From IMG/VR virus record IMGVR_UViG_3300046167_000912: a stretch of 64,000 nucleotides of DNA. One strand, 5' to 3'. The notes below the pieces were generated by a model that was not told the origin of the DNA, searched no databases, and saw nothing but the letters and a program-made list of their open reading frames with translations. Below are positions 48,899 through 57,448 of the stretch, piece after piece. This DNA comes from an uncultured virus (IMG/VR IMGVR_UViG_3300046167_000912) (lineage: Duplodnaviria; Heunggongvirae; Uroviricota; Caudoviricetes). The position numbers and the translations under genes were made by a program. Numbering within the stretch: the stretch's first letter is position 1; each line of letters begins with the position of its first letter.

Positions 48899-51406
48899 TT
48901 GAGAAAAGAACAAGATGTAAATGCGTTCCTAAGAGGCATTCTTGAAAAAGAGGTCGGGAATAGCTTCAAGACCTACTCTGGTCGAAATTGGGCTACTGAT
49001 GGAGTCTTAGATTGGGAAACACCAAGTAAGACCCCTGTAAGGGTTTTACTTGAGGCTAAGTATGGCACTGACCTCACTATAGAAACAGCTCGATCAAGTG
49101 TTCTTGCTCAAGCTCTCTATTACTGCAAGAGGTTTGAAGTAGAGGGGGAGCATCTACCTAGCGTCATTTTCATTGGAGATGAAAAGTTTTGCTTTGTGGT
49201 GGGTTTTGATTCTATCAAAAGTTTCTTAGACGCTAACATAGATTGGGGTAGACGACCTAGTTCACCAGACCCTAGTCTAAAAGTGTCCGTCGATGTGCAG
49301 CTTGAGTCTGTTTTTGAAGTAGACGGAAAGAAGCTCAAACAACTTTGTGAGCAACTATCAGAAGGGGCTATTGTTAAGGTAAAGCCTTCGGAGAAGAACA
49401 TCAGTGCGATGTATCAGTATTGGGTTGATCATATCTTCCCTTCTGATCGCTATCAGCCTGTAGAGATGATAGACCTTTTCTTCGGGTGTGTGTTCTATTC
49501 GGAGGAAGATGACAACTATGCTTATGAACACCCCTCAAAAAAGAACACCGTCATCTTAGGAGGCAAAGAGTATACTCTAAACCTTTCCTCTATGCGAGCA
49601 TTCTTTGAGCGTAGAGAGCGTGGTTTATCTGCAAAAGACATTGATAATCTATTATCAATGAGAGATCGCATTATTGAAGATGACACACGCAGGAGGCAAG
49701 GTGCGTTCTATACACCTACTTTATGGGTAGGTGAAGCACATTCTGAGATGGACAAAGTGCTTGGTGAAACATGGAGAGATGACTGTATCGTTTGGGATTG
49801 TTGTGCAGGTACAGGCAACTTGACTAGAGACTATGATTTTAAGAATCTGATCTTATCTACTGCGGAGCAACCAGATGTAAAGGCAATGAAAAGAGAAGAG
49901 TATAATAATGGAGCAGAAATATTTCAGTATGACTTTCTAAATCCCGAATCTGAGAGTCCATTCTTTGAGGGAACTGACAATGTGCTTCCACTTTCAGTGA
50001 AGAAGATCTTAAAAGAAGGGGCAGAGAGTGGAAAGCGATTAGTATTTCTTATCAACCCCCCTTATGCTACCGCAGCAGCGGTAAATGGTGCAGAATCTCG
50101 AAAGGGAGTAGCGAGTACCATTGTAAACCAAGAGATGAAGGGGGCTAAGTTAGGGGCTTGCTCTCAACAGCTTTATGCTCAGTTCTTATTTCAATGCGAA
50201 CAAGTAGCTTCAGGGTATGGCTTCAAACAAAAGAGCGTAGGTGTGTTTTCACCTATTCTTTATATGGTGAGTGGTTCTTTTTCCAAGTTTCGCCCCTTTT
50301 GGTATAGAAAGTATTCTTATCAGTCGGGCTTCATGTTCCAAGCCTCTCATTTTGCAGATGTTAAAGGGTCTTGGGCTATCAGTTTTACTCTTTGGAACGA
50401 GGGCAAGACAGAGGTCACTCAAGACCTTCCTATTACTCTGAAAGACATGAGTGATCTTGAAGAGGTTGTTTCCCTGAGAGAGAAAGAACTTTACAACGCA
50501 GACAATAGAAGGGCTTCTGATTGGGTTCGATTTCCTGTCAAGAGTCTTAAAGGTAGAGATGCTCCGCAGATGAGATCGGGACTCTCTATCGCTCCGAAAG
50601 GTAGAGGAAAGCTAGTAGAGCACTCACTTCTTTACTTAACTAACAACGCTAACTGCCCTCAGCAAAATCAAGTTGTGTTTTTCACTTCTTCTTGTGGTTC
50701 TGCTTCTAACGGATTGTCAGTTTTAGAAGGAGACGGTTGGCGTAGGGCAATCTCGCTCTACTCAGCTCGTAAATTAAGTAAGGATACATGGATCACACAT
50801 AATGACGAGTACCTAGCTCCTCAGACTGAGAAAGAGGGCTATGAGCAGTGGGTTGATGACTGCCATGTCTACACTCTGCTTGAAAACAAGAATAACATGA
50901 CCTCTATGAGGGGTGTCGAATACAAAGGTAAGACTTATAATATTCACAATCACTTCTTCTGGCTGACTCGTAAAGAAGCTCTTGATCTTTATGGCTCACA
51001 TAATAGTGCTAGAAGCGTTTTTCGAGATGCTAAAAATAACCCTATCCCATATCACCATGCGGGCGGTCTCGTAGACGCATCAGAATGGGCTAAGGATGGA
51101 GATCCTTACTTTTCCCGTGTATTGCCCTCGCTTAACCTTTCACGTCTCGCACAAGAGATCATGAGCGACCTTAACGTTCTTTTTGTTGAGAGCTTTGAGT
51201 TGAGATCTAAGACATCAAAAGTGATTGAGAAGGGTAAAGAGATTGATCTGCACCTCAACGCTTGGGACGCAGGTATCTATCAACACAAAAAGATGTGGTA
51301 CACCGACCCAACACTTAAATCTAAGTGGGAGTCCTTAAGGGTAAAACATCAACAGCTTGCTAAAAGCCTTGAGCATGGTGTCTACGCCTTCGGGTTCTTG
51401 AAGTAA
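48899..51406 (+). CDS. Fused PD-(D/E)xK nuclease / amino-methyltransferase (Type IIG-like R-M protein)
   Basis: TDG...LLEAK nuclease motif; GAFYTP, WDCCAGTGNL (motif I), NPPY (motif IV); long TRD-like C-terminus. Confidence 0.85.
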   Translation: MRKEQDVNAFLRGILEKEVGNSFKTYSGRNWATDGVLDWETPSKTPVRVLLEAKYGTDLTIETARSSVLAQALYYCKRFEVEGEHLPSVIFIGDEKFCFVVGFDSIKSFLDANIDWGRRPSSPDPSLKVSVDVQLESVFEVDGKKLKQLCEQLSEGAIVKVKPSEKNISAMYQYWVDHIFPSDRYQPVEMIDLFFGCVFYSEEDDNYAYEHPSKKNTVILGGKEYTLNLSSMRAFFERRERGLSAKDIDNLLSMRDRIIEDDTRRRQGAFYTPTLWVGEAHSEMDKVLGETWRDDCIVWDCCAGTGNLTRDYDFKNLILSTAEQPDVKAMKREEYNNGAEIFQYDFLNPESESPFFEGTDNVLPLSVKKILKEGAESGKRLVFLINPPYATAAAVNGAESRKGVASTIVNQEMKGAKLGACSQQLYAQFLFQCEQVASGYGFKQKSVGVFSPILYMVSGSFSKFRPFWYRKYSYQSGFMFQASHFADVKGSWAISFTLWNEGKTEVTQDLPITLKDMSDLEEVVSLREKELYNADNRRASDWVRFPVKSLKGRDAPQMRSGLSIAPKGRGKLVEHSLLYLTNNANCPQQNQVVFFTSSCGSASNGLSVLEGDGWRRAISLYSARKLSKDTWITHNDEYLAPQTEKEGYEQWVDDCHVYTLLENKNNMTSMRGVEYKGKTYNIHNHFFWLTRKEALDLYGSHNSARSVFRDAKNNPIPYHHAGGLVDASEWAKDGDPYFSRVLPSLNLSRLAQEIMSDLNVLFVESFELRSKTSKVIEKGKEIDLHLNAWDAGIYQHKKMWYTDPTLKSKWESLRVKHQQLAKSLEHGVYAFGFLK

Positions 51407-51471
51407 GATCCTTATAACTGTTTTATATCCTTGTTTTAGTGCGGTAAGTCCTAAAGACAAGGAGATTTGAC

Positions 51472-52839
51472 ATGAATAAGAATGCGTGCGTGATAGCCCT
51501 TACCCATCTTGGGGATCGGAAAGTCATATTCAAAAACAGAGATAGGAATTACCTGCCTCGTTTCAAAATTATTCACCGCATAGCAGATAATGGCACGGAG
51601 ATTTTGTACTTTCAAGATACCGTCTCAGGGTGGATTGAGGGCATTAATGAGTATGGCATCTGTATTACCAACTCCGCTCTCGCGGTTAAGCTCGATGAGA
51701 AAGAGGGGAAAAAGCGAGCACCGCTGTATTCTGCAGACTCATGGAAATTCCTCGAAGCATTGGAGTGCAAATCTCTCCTCGAAGCCTTAAATAAGATAAC
51801 AAACTACAGGAAGGGTATTCGAGGCCATACTATTCTCACGGACCAAAAGAATACCTTTGTTGTGGAGCAGACCAGCGACCACAAAGCAAAAGTTGAAGAG
51901 ATCGTAGATCGGAATTTCGTGAGGTCAAATCATGGGATAAGACATCAGGATGCAGGTTACACACAAGGGGAGGACTTAGAGTCTTCAAGGCGGAGGCGAG
52001 ATAAAACATTAGAGGTGTTAGAATCAAAAATCCGATACCCTATGGATATTGTTAAGAAATTATATCAGCAAAGAATGAAAGACATAAGTAGCCCTTTCAA
52101 TGTAGTTCGCAGAGCAGATATGTTCACCAGCAACCAATTTATTTTTGAGCCCTCAAAAAAGAAGATGACTATCATTACTATTGATGACGATAGCGTCTAC
52201 GAAGGTTATGAAAAGCAATTCAGAGGACCTGCCAAGTGCAAAGTTTGTGTGAAGAAGGTCTTTCGGAACAAAAAAGGTGACTTAGAAGTCAGAAACGAAG
52301 ACCTAAAGAAGTTAGTCTCAAAACCGAGAGACCCGCGTCAAGACACACTCAAAGTTTTCGCTTATGGGTCTTTGATGTCCGACCCAATTGAACCAGAAAG
52401 CATCTGTAATGAGAGAAGAGCTTTCATAAATGGGGTTTCAAGGGAGCTGAATATGCAACACAAGGGTAGAAACCATCTCGTTTTTGGCACTACTCCTTGT
52501 GGGAGAATTGAAGGGGTTCTATACGAGTACCCTCAAGAAGTATCAGGAAAAGTCTTAACACTCCTAGACAAGAGAAGGGGCTACGCAGGGAAGGGGTCAA
52601 ATCTCTACCTCAGAACAGAGATGAGGGCTTTCACCAAACAAGACAGTCAAGGTGTACTCTGCTTTGTTTACATCACGAATGAAGAGAGCGATGCCTATCA
52701 GGGATCTTTAAGTGTAAATGAGGCTGAGGGCCTCTTGTCTCAAGACCCCAAATTTAGAGAATACTTTGAAACCACACTCTTCGCCTTATCCGCGATTGGC
52801 GGTCAAGATACATACATGAACAAGATAAAAGGTATCTGA
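51472..52839 (+). CDS. Ntn-hydrolase-like domain fused to GGCT/ChaC-like domain
   Basis: C6...KNRDR...EGINEYG...TNSAL...RSNHG; C-terminal VFAYGSLM...IEGVLY. Confidence 0.75.
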   Translation: MNKNACVIALTHLGDRKVIFKNRDRNYLPRFKIIHRIADNGTEILYFQDTVSGWIEGINEYGICITNSALAVKLDEKEGKKRAPLYSADSWKFLEALECKSLLEALNKITNYRKGIRGHTILTDQKNTFVVEQTSDHKAKVEEIVDRNFVRSNHGIRHQDAGYTQGEDLESSRRRRDKTLEVLESKIRYPMDIVKKLYQQRMKDISSPFNVVRRADMFTSNQFIFEPSKKKMTIITIDDDSVYEGYEKQFRGPAKCKVCVKKVFRNKKGDLEVRNEDLKKLVSKPRDPRQDTLKVFAYGSLMSDPIEPESICNERRAFINGVSRELNMQHKGRNHLVFGTTPCGRIEGVLYEYPQEVSGKVLTLLDKRRGYAGKGSNLYLRTEMRAFTKQDSQGVLCFVYITNEESDAYQGSLSVNEAEGLLSQDPKFREYFETTLFALSAIGGQDTYMNKIKGI

Positions 52840-53025
52840 AAAAGGTGTCCCGTTCTACTTTCTATAATAGGGTTACAGAAGCTACGAAAGAGCATCTGTG
52901 TAACTCTAATGGAAAGTAAAGATGATGACACCAGAACAAAGACAAACACTCTTGATCGCAAAAGCCTTCACTGTTACCCTCGCGGGGTTTACGATCTATG
53001 GATTATTCTTATAGAAAGAAAGACT

Positions 53026-53688
53026 ATGAACACAGAACCTACCTATAACGTGCTCACGTACAAATATAACCTCGAAAGATATGCGTTTTCATTTTATGAA
53101 GCAAAGGAAATGTCTAAAATAGTCGAGAGAAGTATACGCACTAGGCTCAAGTTAAAGCACAAGGCACTTCGAGAGGGCTCTTTCTCGAATGGATATCAAA
53201 AGGTCACGATCTTTGCTCTCCCTTCCACCTATCAGGTCACGATACCAAAGAATATTCGGGTTACTTTGACTCGCAGGATACGAAAATATGTGACGCTGGA
53301 AGTTCAAGAGATGACTCACACGGACCTGAACAGGCATCTAGATCGCTACGGAGCAAAGAAGCTACCAAAGCCAGCATATAAGAAAACCCCAAAAATAACG
53401 CTCGAAGATGTTAAGGCCTCTTTTAGAGGCCTAGAGGATATTCAATATCGTGACGAGGATGGAGGGTACGTGTATCTGGACTCTAGTCTCATAACTATCA
53501 TCCTCCGAGAAGTGTTACGGGCGGCTAAGGATAACCATGATGACTATGATGGCTTCATGGGAGAGATGGTTGAATACATTGACTTATGGTTCTCTACAAG
53601 AAGAGGACCAGACCTCAATGCTCAAGAGAAGTTCTTCGACATGTGCGACGATTTTGCAAGCGAATTTATCAAAGAGAGGTCACTATGA
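53026..53688 (+). CDS. Hypothetical protein
   Basis: Likely start ATG 53026 (track start 52909). Confidence 0.65.
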   Translation: MNTEPTYNVLTYKYNLERYAFSFYEAKEMSKIVERSIRTRLKLKHKALREGSFSNGYQKVTIFALPSTYQVTIPKNIRVTLTRRIRKYVTLEVQEMTHTDLNRHLDRYGAKKLPKPAYKKTPKITLEDVKASFRGLEDIQYRDEDGGYVYLDSSLITIILREVLRAAKDNHDDYDGFMGEMVEYIDLWFSTRRGPDLNAQEKFFDMCDDFASEFIKERSL

Positions 53689-54302
53689 AAGTACCACACG
53701 TTATAGAAGTAGATTGGGATCTCGAAGATGTCGAGATTGATGATGTCATTGACATCGAGACCCTCTCTGAAGATGAGATCCGAACTGAGCTGGGATTACC
53801 TCTGAGAGTTAAGTTGCCTTCTGGACTAATGAAAAAGCTAGTAGAAGCAGAGATAGAAGGCTTTGAAGAAAAAAGATATGAGATCGTATCAGACTACCTG
53901 TCTGATACCTACGGTTACACCTTATATGGTTGGAAGATTATAAAGTCGATGCCTGCGGACAGGATACCTCTGGAGTTCAAGGTGACTGTCAGGTCAGCGA
54001 GGCTACCTCAAGAATTATTCACAGGTATGAGCTCATATGACAGTAAGAGAGTCCTTCATTCAGAACTAAGAGTCTGGCTTGAGGAATATTACGGATTACC
54101 GAAGAATGTTTCAATCAGACCTAGCTCTTTCAATCTAGGTTTTGGTAGATCTTGGTGGAGGACTCTTGATGCAGTGTTCTACCTAGAGAAGAACGCGACG
54201 CTCACCAAGAAGATGAAGAAGAAAATCAACAAGACTGTGAAGACTAGGACGTTCCATAAGGATACAACCTTAGTCGTAAAACTAGAGTTGAAAAGAGATT
54301 GA
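53685..54302 (+). CDS. Hypothetical protein
   Basis: Start ATG 53685 after GAGG, ATGA overlap; IVSDYLSDTYGY motif. Confidence 0.7.
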   Translation: MKVPHVIEVDWDLEDVEIDDVIDIETLSEDEIRTELGLPLRVKLPSGLMKKLVEAEIEGFEEKRYEIVSDYLSDTYGYTLYGWKIIKSMPADRIPLEFKVTVRSARLPQELFTGMSSYDSKRVLHSELRVWLEEYYGLPKNVSIRPSSFNLGFGRSWWRTLDAVFYLEKNATLTKKMKKKINKTVKTRTFHKDTTLVVKLELKRD

Positions 54303-54303
54303 C

Positions 54304-54645
54304 ATGAGACACCTAACAGCATCGCAAAGAATAGCTCAACTTGAACACCGTATCGCAAATCTGGAGCGTAAGGGAAAGTCCTCTTATATTATAGAGGTGG
54401 GTTACAGCCTGAGAGGAATCGCAAAAAGCAAAGCTCAAGCATTCAGGCTGTCAGATGATGTAGATCAGAAAGTGCTTCAAGCCCTCAATGTCTCTAACCC
54501 AGAAGTAGTGCGGGAGTCTGTTAGCGGATATGACTTCAAAAACACATATAAAGTAACGCAGGTACCCAATGTGCCTAAGTCCTCTTCCTATCTAACCTAC
54601 CGATATCCAACAGGCGAAGTGGACGTGCATGTAAAAGTTCGCTAA
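54304..54645 (+). CDS. MRHLTAS-tagged small protein
   Basis: MRHLTASQRIAQLEHRIANLERKG. Confidence 0.8.
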   Translation: MRHLTASQRIAQLEHRIANLERKGKSSYIIEVGYSLRGIAKSKAQAFRLSDDVDQKVLQALNVSNPEVVRESVSGYDFKNTYKVTQVPNVPKSSSYLTYRYPTGEVDVHVKVR

Positions 54646-54721
54646 AAAAATAGTGACCCCCCTAGAAAAACGATAAGTGAAGTGTCAAAAAACTTCACTT
54701 CACTTCAAAAGGATTTAAAAA

Positions 54722-55306
54722 ATGTTACAATTCAGAGGAACACTAATTTCTACTCTCTTATTCGTCCTCTTCGTAGGCCTTGCGGTTAACTCATACACCA
54801 ACCATGTGGTTGACGCAGTCAAGCACGAAGCCCAAATGGAATCGAAGGCGGTGGAGGCTGAAAACCTCCTCTATATTAAAGGGTTGACCTCTAAAGCTTC
54901 GCAGGCTGAGAGTACGCTAAGACAACTTTTAGCACAAGAAGTCTTGGTTCGTACTCAACAACACGCCATTCTCACTGAGACATTAAAGGAGCTTGAGGAT
55001 CTCAAATTCACCAACGGTCTCGAAGAGGCTTTCACTGACTCGGTGCATCTGACTCTGCGAGAGATCTCGTCGAGCAAAGATATAGCATTGGTGAAGGCGG
55101 TCAAGAGAGCGGGCAACCTTCAGAATGAGCTGACTCGATCAGAAGAAAAATTCGCTTTTGAGACAGATGTGCTTCGCCTCGACCTTATGAAAGCGAAACA
55201 CACCATTGCTTCTCTAAACAAAGGTGTGGGCAACCTCCTACGTCGCGAAATTGAACTCGCTGGCGAGTTGAAAAGCTGCACAATCCCGATGTTAACCCTG
55301 AAGTAA
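54722..55306 (+). CDS. N-anchored coiled-coil protein
   Basis: N-terminal TM helix, heptad-rich remainder. Confidence 0.7.
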   Translation: MLQFRGTLISTLLFVLFVGLAVNSYTNHVVDAVKHEAQMESKAVEAENLLYIKGLTSKASQAESTLRQLLAQEVLVRTQQHAILTETLKELEDLKFTNGLEEAFTDSVHLTLREISSSKDIALVKAVKRAGNLQNELTRSEEKFAFETDVLRLDLMKAKHTIASLNKGVGNLLRREIELAGELKSCTIPMLTLK

Positions 55307-55350
55307 ACCTAGTTGTACCTGAGTTTACCTCAAGGAGATCGCTCTTTAAG

Positions 55351-55389
55351 AAGCCCCGCTTCCCTACTATTGGGAGGGGGGGCTTTTTT
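55351..55389 (+). terminator. Rho-independent terminator
   Basis: AAGCCCC...GGGGCTT stem followed by a T-run. Confidence 0.75.
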
Positions 55390-55437
55390 CCGTTTGTAGT
55401 TTATCTATATGGGTGCTGGCTAAAAAAGGAGTAGGTC

Positions 55438-55779
55438 ATGAGACAACTAACCGCATCACAGAAAATCGCCCAGCTTGAGAACCGTATCGCTAGGCTTGAA
55501 AAGCATAACAAAACAGCACGCACATCAGAGTTCTTCAAGAAGTACGTACACGCAAGGAACCCTTCGATTGTTAAGATCGAGGTCATGCAAGAAGCTGTGA
55601 GTAAAAACGGTTCAGGCTACATCTATCTTGTAAGAGGTAAAGTCATCTTCGGGGGGTTTGATTTCTTCGTTTTCCGTAGCGGAGGGGGGCGTAATCCTGA
55701 GACCCTTGTCCATACGGGAGACTTCAAGAAAGCCTTGCTCACCTTCGATAAAGTCGCTTCAAGAGAGGACATCCACTGA
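55438..55779 (+). CDS. MRQLTAS-tagged small protein
   Basis: MRQLTASQKIAQLENRIARLEKHNKTA; AAGGAG SD; promoter motif 55397-55408. Confidence 0.85.
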   Translation: MRQLTASQKIAQLENRIARLEKHNKTARTSEFFKKYVHARNPSIVKIEVMQEAVSKNGSGYIYLVRGKVIFGGFDFFVFRSGGGRNPETLVHTGDFKKALLTFDKVASREDIH

Positions 55780-55783
55780 GACC

Positions 55784-56297
55784 CTAGAAGGGGTAATCAG
55801 GCTTCTTAGGCTCTTGGTTCTTTAGTACCCTGCTCCCGTCTCCTATGTACTCATGGGAATAACAAGAGCGGTGAGCATGGGTTGCCCTGCCTTTGTAATT
55901 CTTATCTTCTCCTTGAGTCAGGTAGTCTAACCTACGAATGCGGTTCTTTGAAGTGGGCTTCCAGAGGTCAGATCTCTCTCGATGCTCACCTAGCTTAGGG
56001 TGTGCTGAGGACATGGTATGGCCTACATAGTGAGGGGATAGAAGATAGACCTAGCCTCATGAGTAGGTCAGGGTCTACTTGAGAAGCGATTGCTTTGTCC
56101 ATATCCCAAGTGAAAGTGTCCTCAGACCCAAACTCCTTCAATAGGGTAGACTTACCAGAACCACTAGGCTCGTAGATGACCCCTAATGAGAAGTTGGGCG
56201 GGATCTCAAAATTCGGTACTTCAAATGAGCTAGCACCATCAAACTTGTAATCAGAGGTTCCAGCCAGCTTCTCTACTACAGGTTCCAGCTCAACCTT
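55784..56297 (-). pseudogene. Internally deleted ABC-type ATPase (probable ATPase-acetyltransferase fusion) remnant
   Basis: Startless frame 56297-55995: ...GVIYEPSGSGKSTLL...GLSSIPSLCRPYHVLSTP*; shifts into SAHPKLGEHRERSDLWKPTSKN. Confidence 0.7.
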
Positions 56298-56349
56298 TCG
56301 TTTTTGACCCTATTATACAAGAGAGCTTTTAGGGAGAGTCTGGCTTTTG

Positions 56350-56409
56350 TATATCTTCTATAATCCTCGATGTCACTGTGAGACAATATTAACAGTGACA
56401 TCGAGGATT
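56350..56409 (+). promoter_or_regulatory. TA-N5-TYTAT motif with perfect 18-bp SD-occluding hairpin
   Basis: Motif 56350-56361; AATCCTCGATGTCACTGT (56362-56379) / ACAGTGACATCGAGGATT (56392-56409). Confidence 0.8.
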
Positions 56410-56413
56410 TTTT

Positions 56414-57448
56414 ATGAGCTATGATCTGCACATAGCCCACGCTTGCCCACACCATATACGATATGAGCGAGTAGGGACGACTAACGGAAGACTAGTGTCG
56501 CCAAAGTCTCCTATTGGAGGCTCTGGTCTTCTAGAGATTAGGAGAGACGGAGTTCTACTCTCTTCAGAAGGTAACTTGAGAGAGGCATTCACAGTGACTC
56601 CTCAGTCTTCTCCATATAGAGTGAGGGGCAACAATACACTGACATTGACCACTTCAACAGGTATGGCCAAAGAGATCCACATACCCTCTAGGATCTACAC
56701 TGTTGAGTCTCTTCACAAGGTAATCACATCCCAGATAGAAGAGATCTCAGTAGTAGTTGAGGGCAAGAGCCTCAAATTCACGGACGGTCTGAAAGGCATC
56801 GGGTTTAACCTGACAGGTTCTGCACTCTCCTCTCTAGGCTATGCAAATCAGAAGGTAGTAGTTAAATCGAAGAGGGTGACACCCTCTTGGTCACTTGTTA
56901 AAAGACTCAACGGGTATGATATACTATTCTCTAAAGAGCTCTCCCCTGAAGGTCTGTTAGAGATCTCATACACCACACCTAAAGAGCATTGTCGAAGATG
57001 CAACAGCACAGGCGTTGAGAATGATATACGTTGGGGCGATGACGGGCAGTTAGGTAGATTAACGAGGACAGACCTGCTCTATCAGAATGTCGCGAAGACG
57101 ATCCTGACAGAGATAGGGTCTAACCCTTACCACCGCTTTTATGGGTCAAATGCACTTACCCTAGTAGGTCGCAAAGTCAACTCTGGAACCGCGATGTCTC
57201 TACGGGAGAGTGTCACTCAAGCTTTAAACAAAATCATAGATATACAGAGACTGCAAAAGCAGGTACAAGAACTCTCCCCTGAAGAGAAGCTCTTAGGGGT
57301 AGAATCCGTAAGAGTTGAGCAAATGAGAGGCGATGCTACTTCCATCCTCTGTAATGTGGTAGTAAGGAGCGGAGCAGGAAGACCTGTGAGTGTAAACGTA
57401 GTCTTTGCAGTACCTGGGTCGAATCCCCTTAACGGAGAACTAACATGA
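56414..57448 (+). CDS. Baseplate wedge protein with C-terminal gp25/GPW-like domain
   Basis: LYQNVAKTILTEIGSNPYHRFYGS motif; directly upstream of baseplate J-like gene. Confidence 0.75.
   Translation: MSYDLHIAHACPHHIRYERVGTTNGRLVSPKSPIGGSGLLEIRRDGVLLSSEGNLREAFTVTPQSSPYRVRGNNTLTLTTSTGMAKEIHIPSRIYTVESLHKVITSQIEEISVVVEGKSLKFTDGLKGIGFNLTGSALSSLGYANQKVVVKSKRVTPSWSLVKRLNGYDILFSKELSPEGLLEISYTTPKEHCRRCNSTGVENDIRWGDDGQLGRLTRTDLLYQNVAKTILTEIGSNPYHRFYGSNALTLVGRKVNSGTAMSLRESVTQALNKIIDIQRLQKQVQELSPEEKLLGVESVRVEQMRGDATSILCNVVVRSGAGRPVSVNVVFAVPGSNPLNGELT

Noticed and set aside
57415..57430. GGGTCGAATCCC resembling a tRNA T-arm
   Set aside because: Inside a CDS, no cloverleaf context
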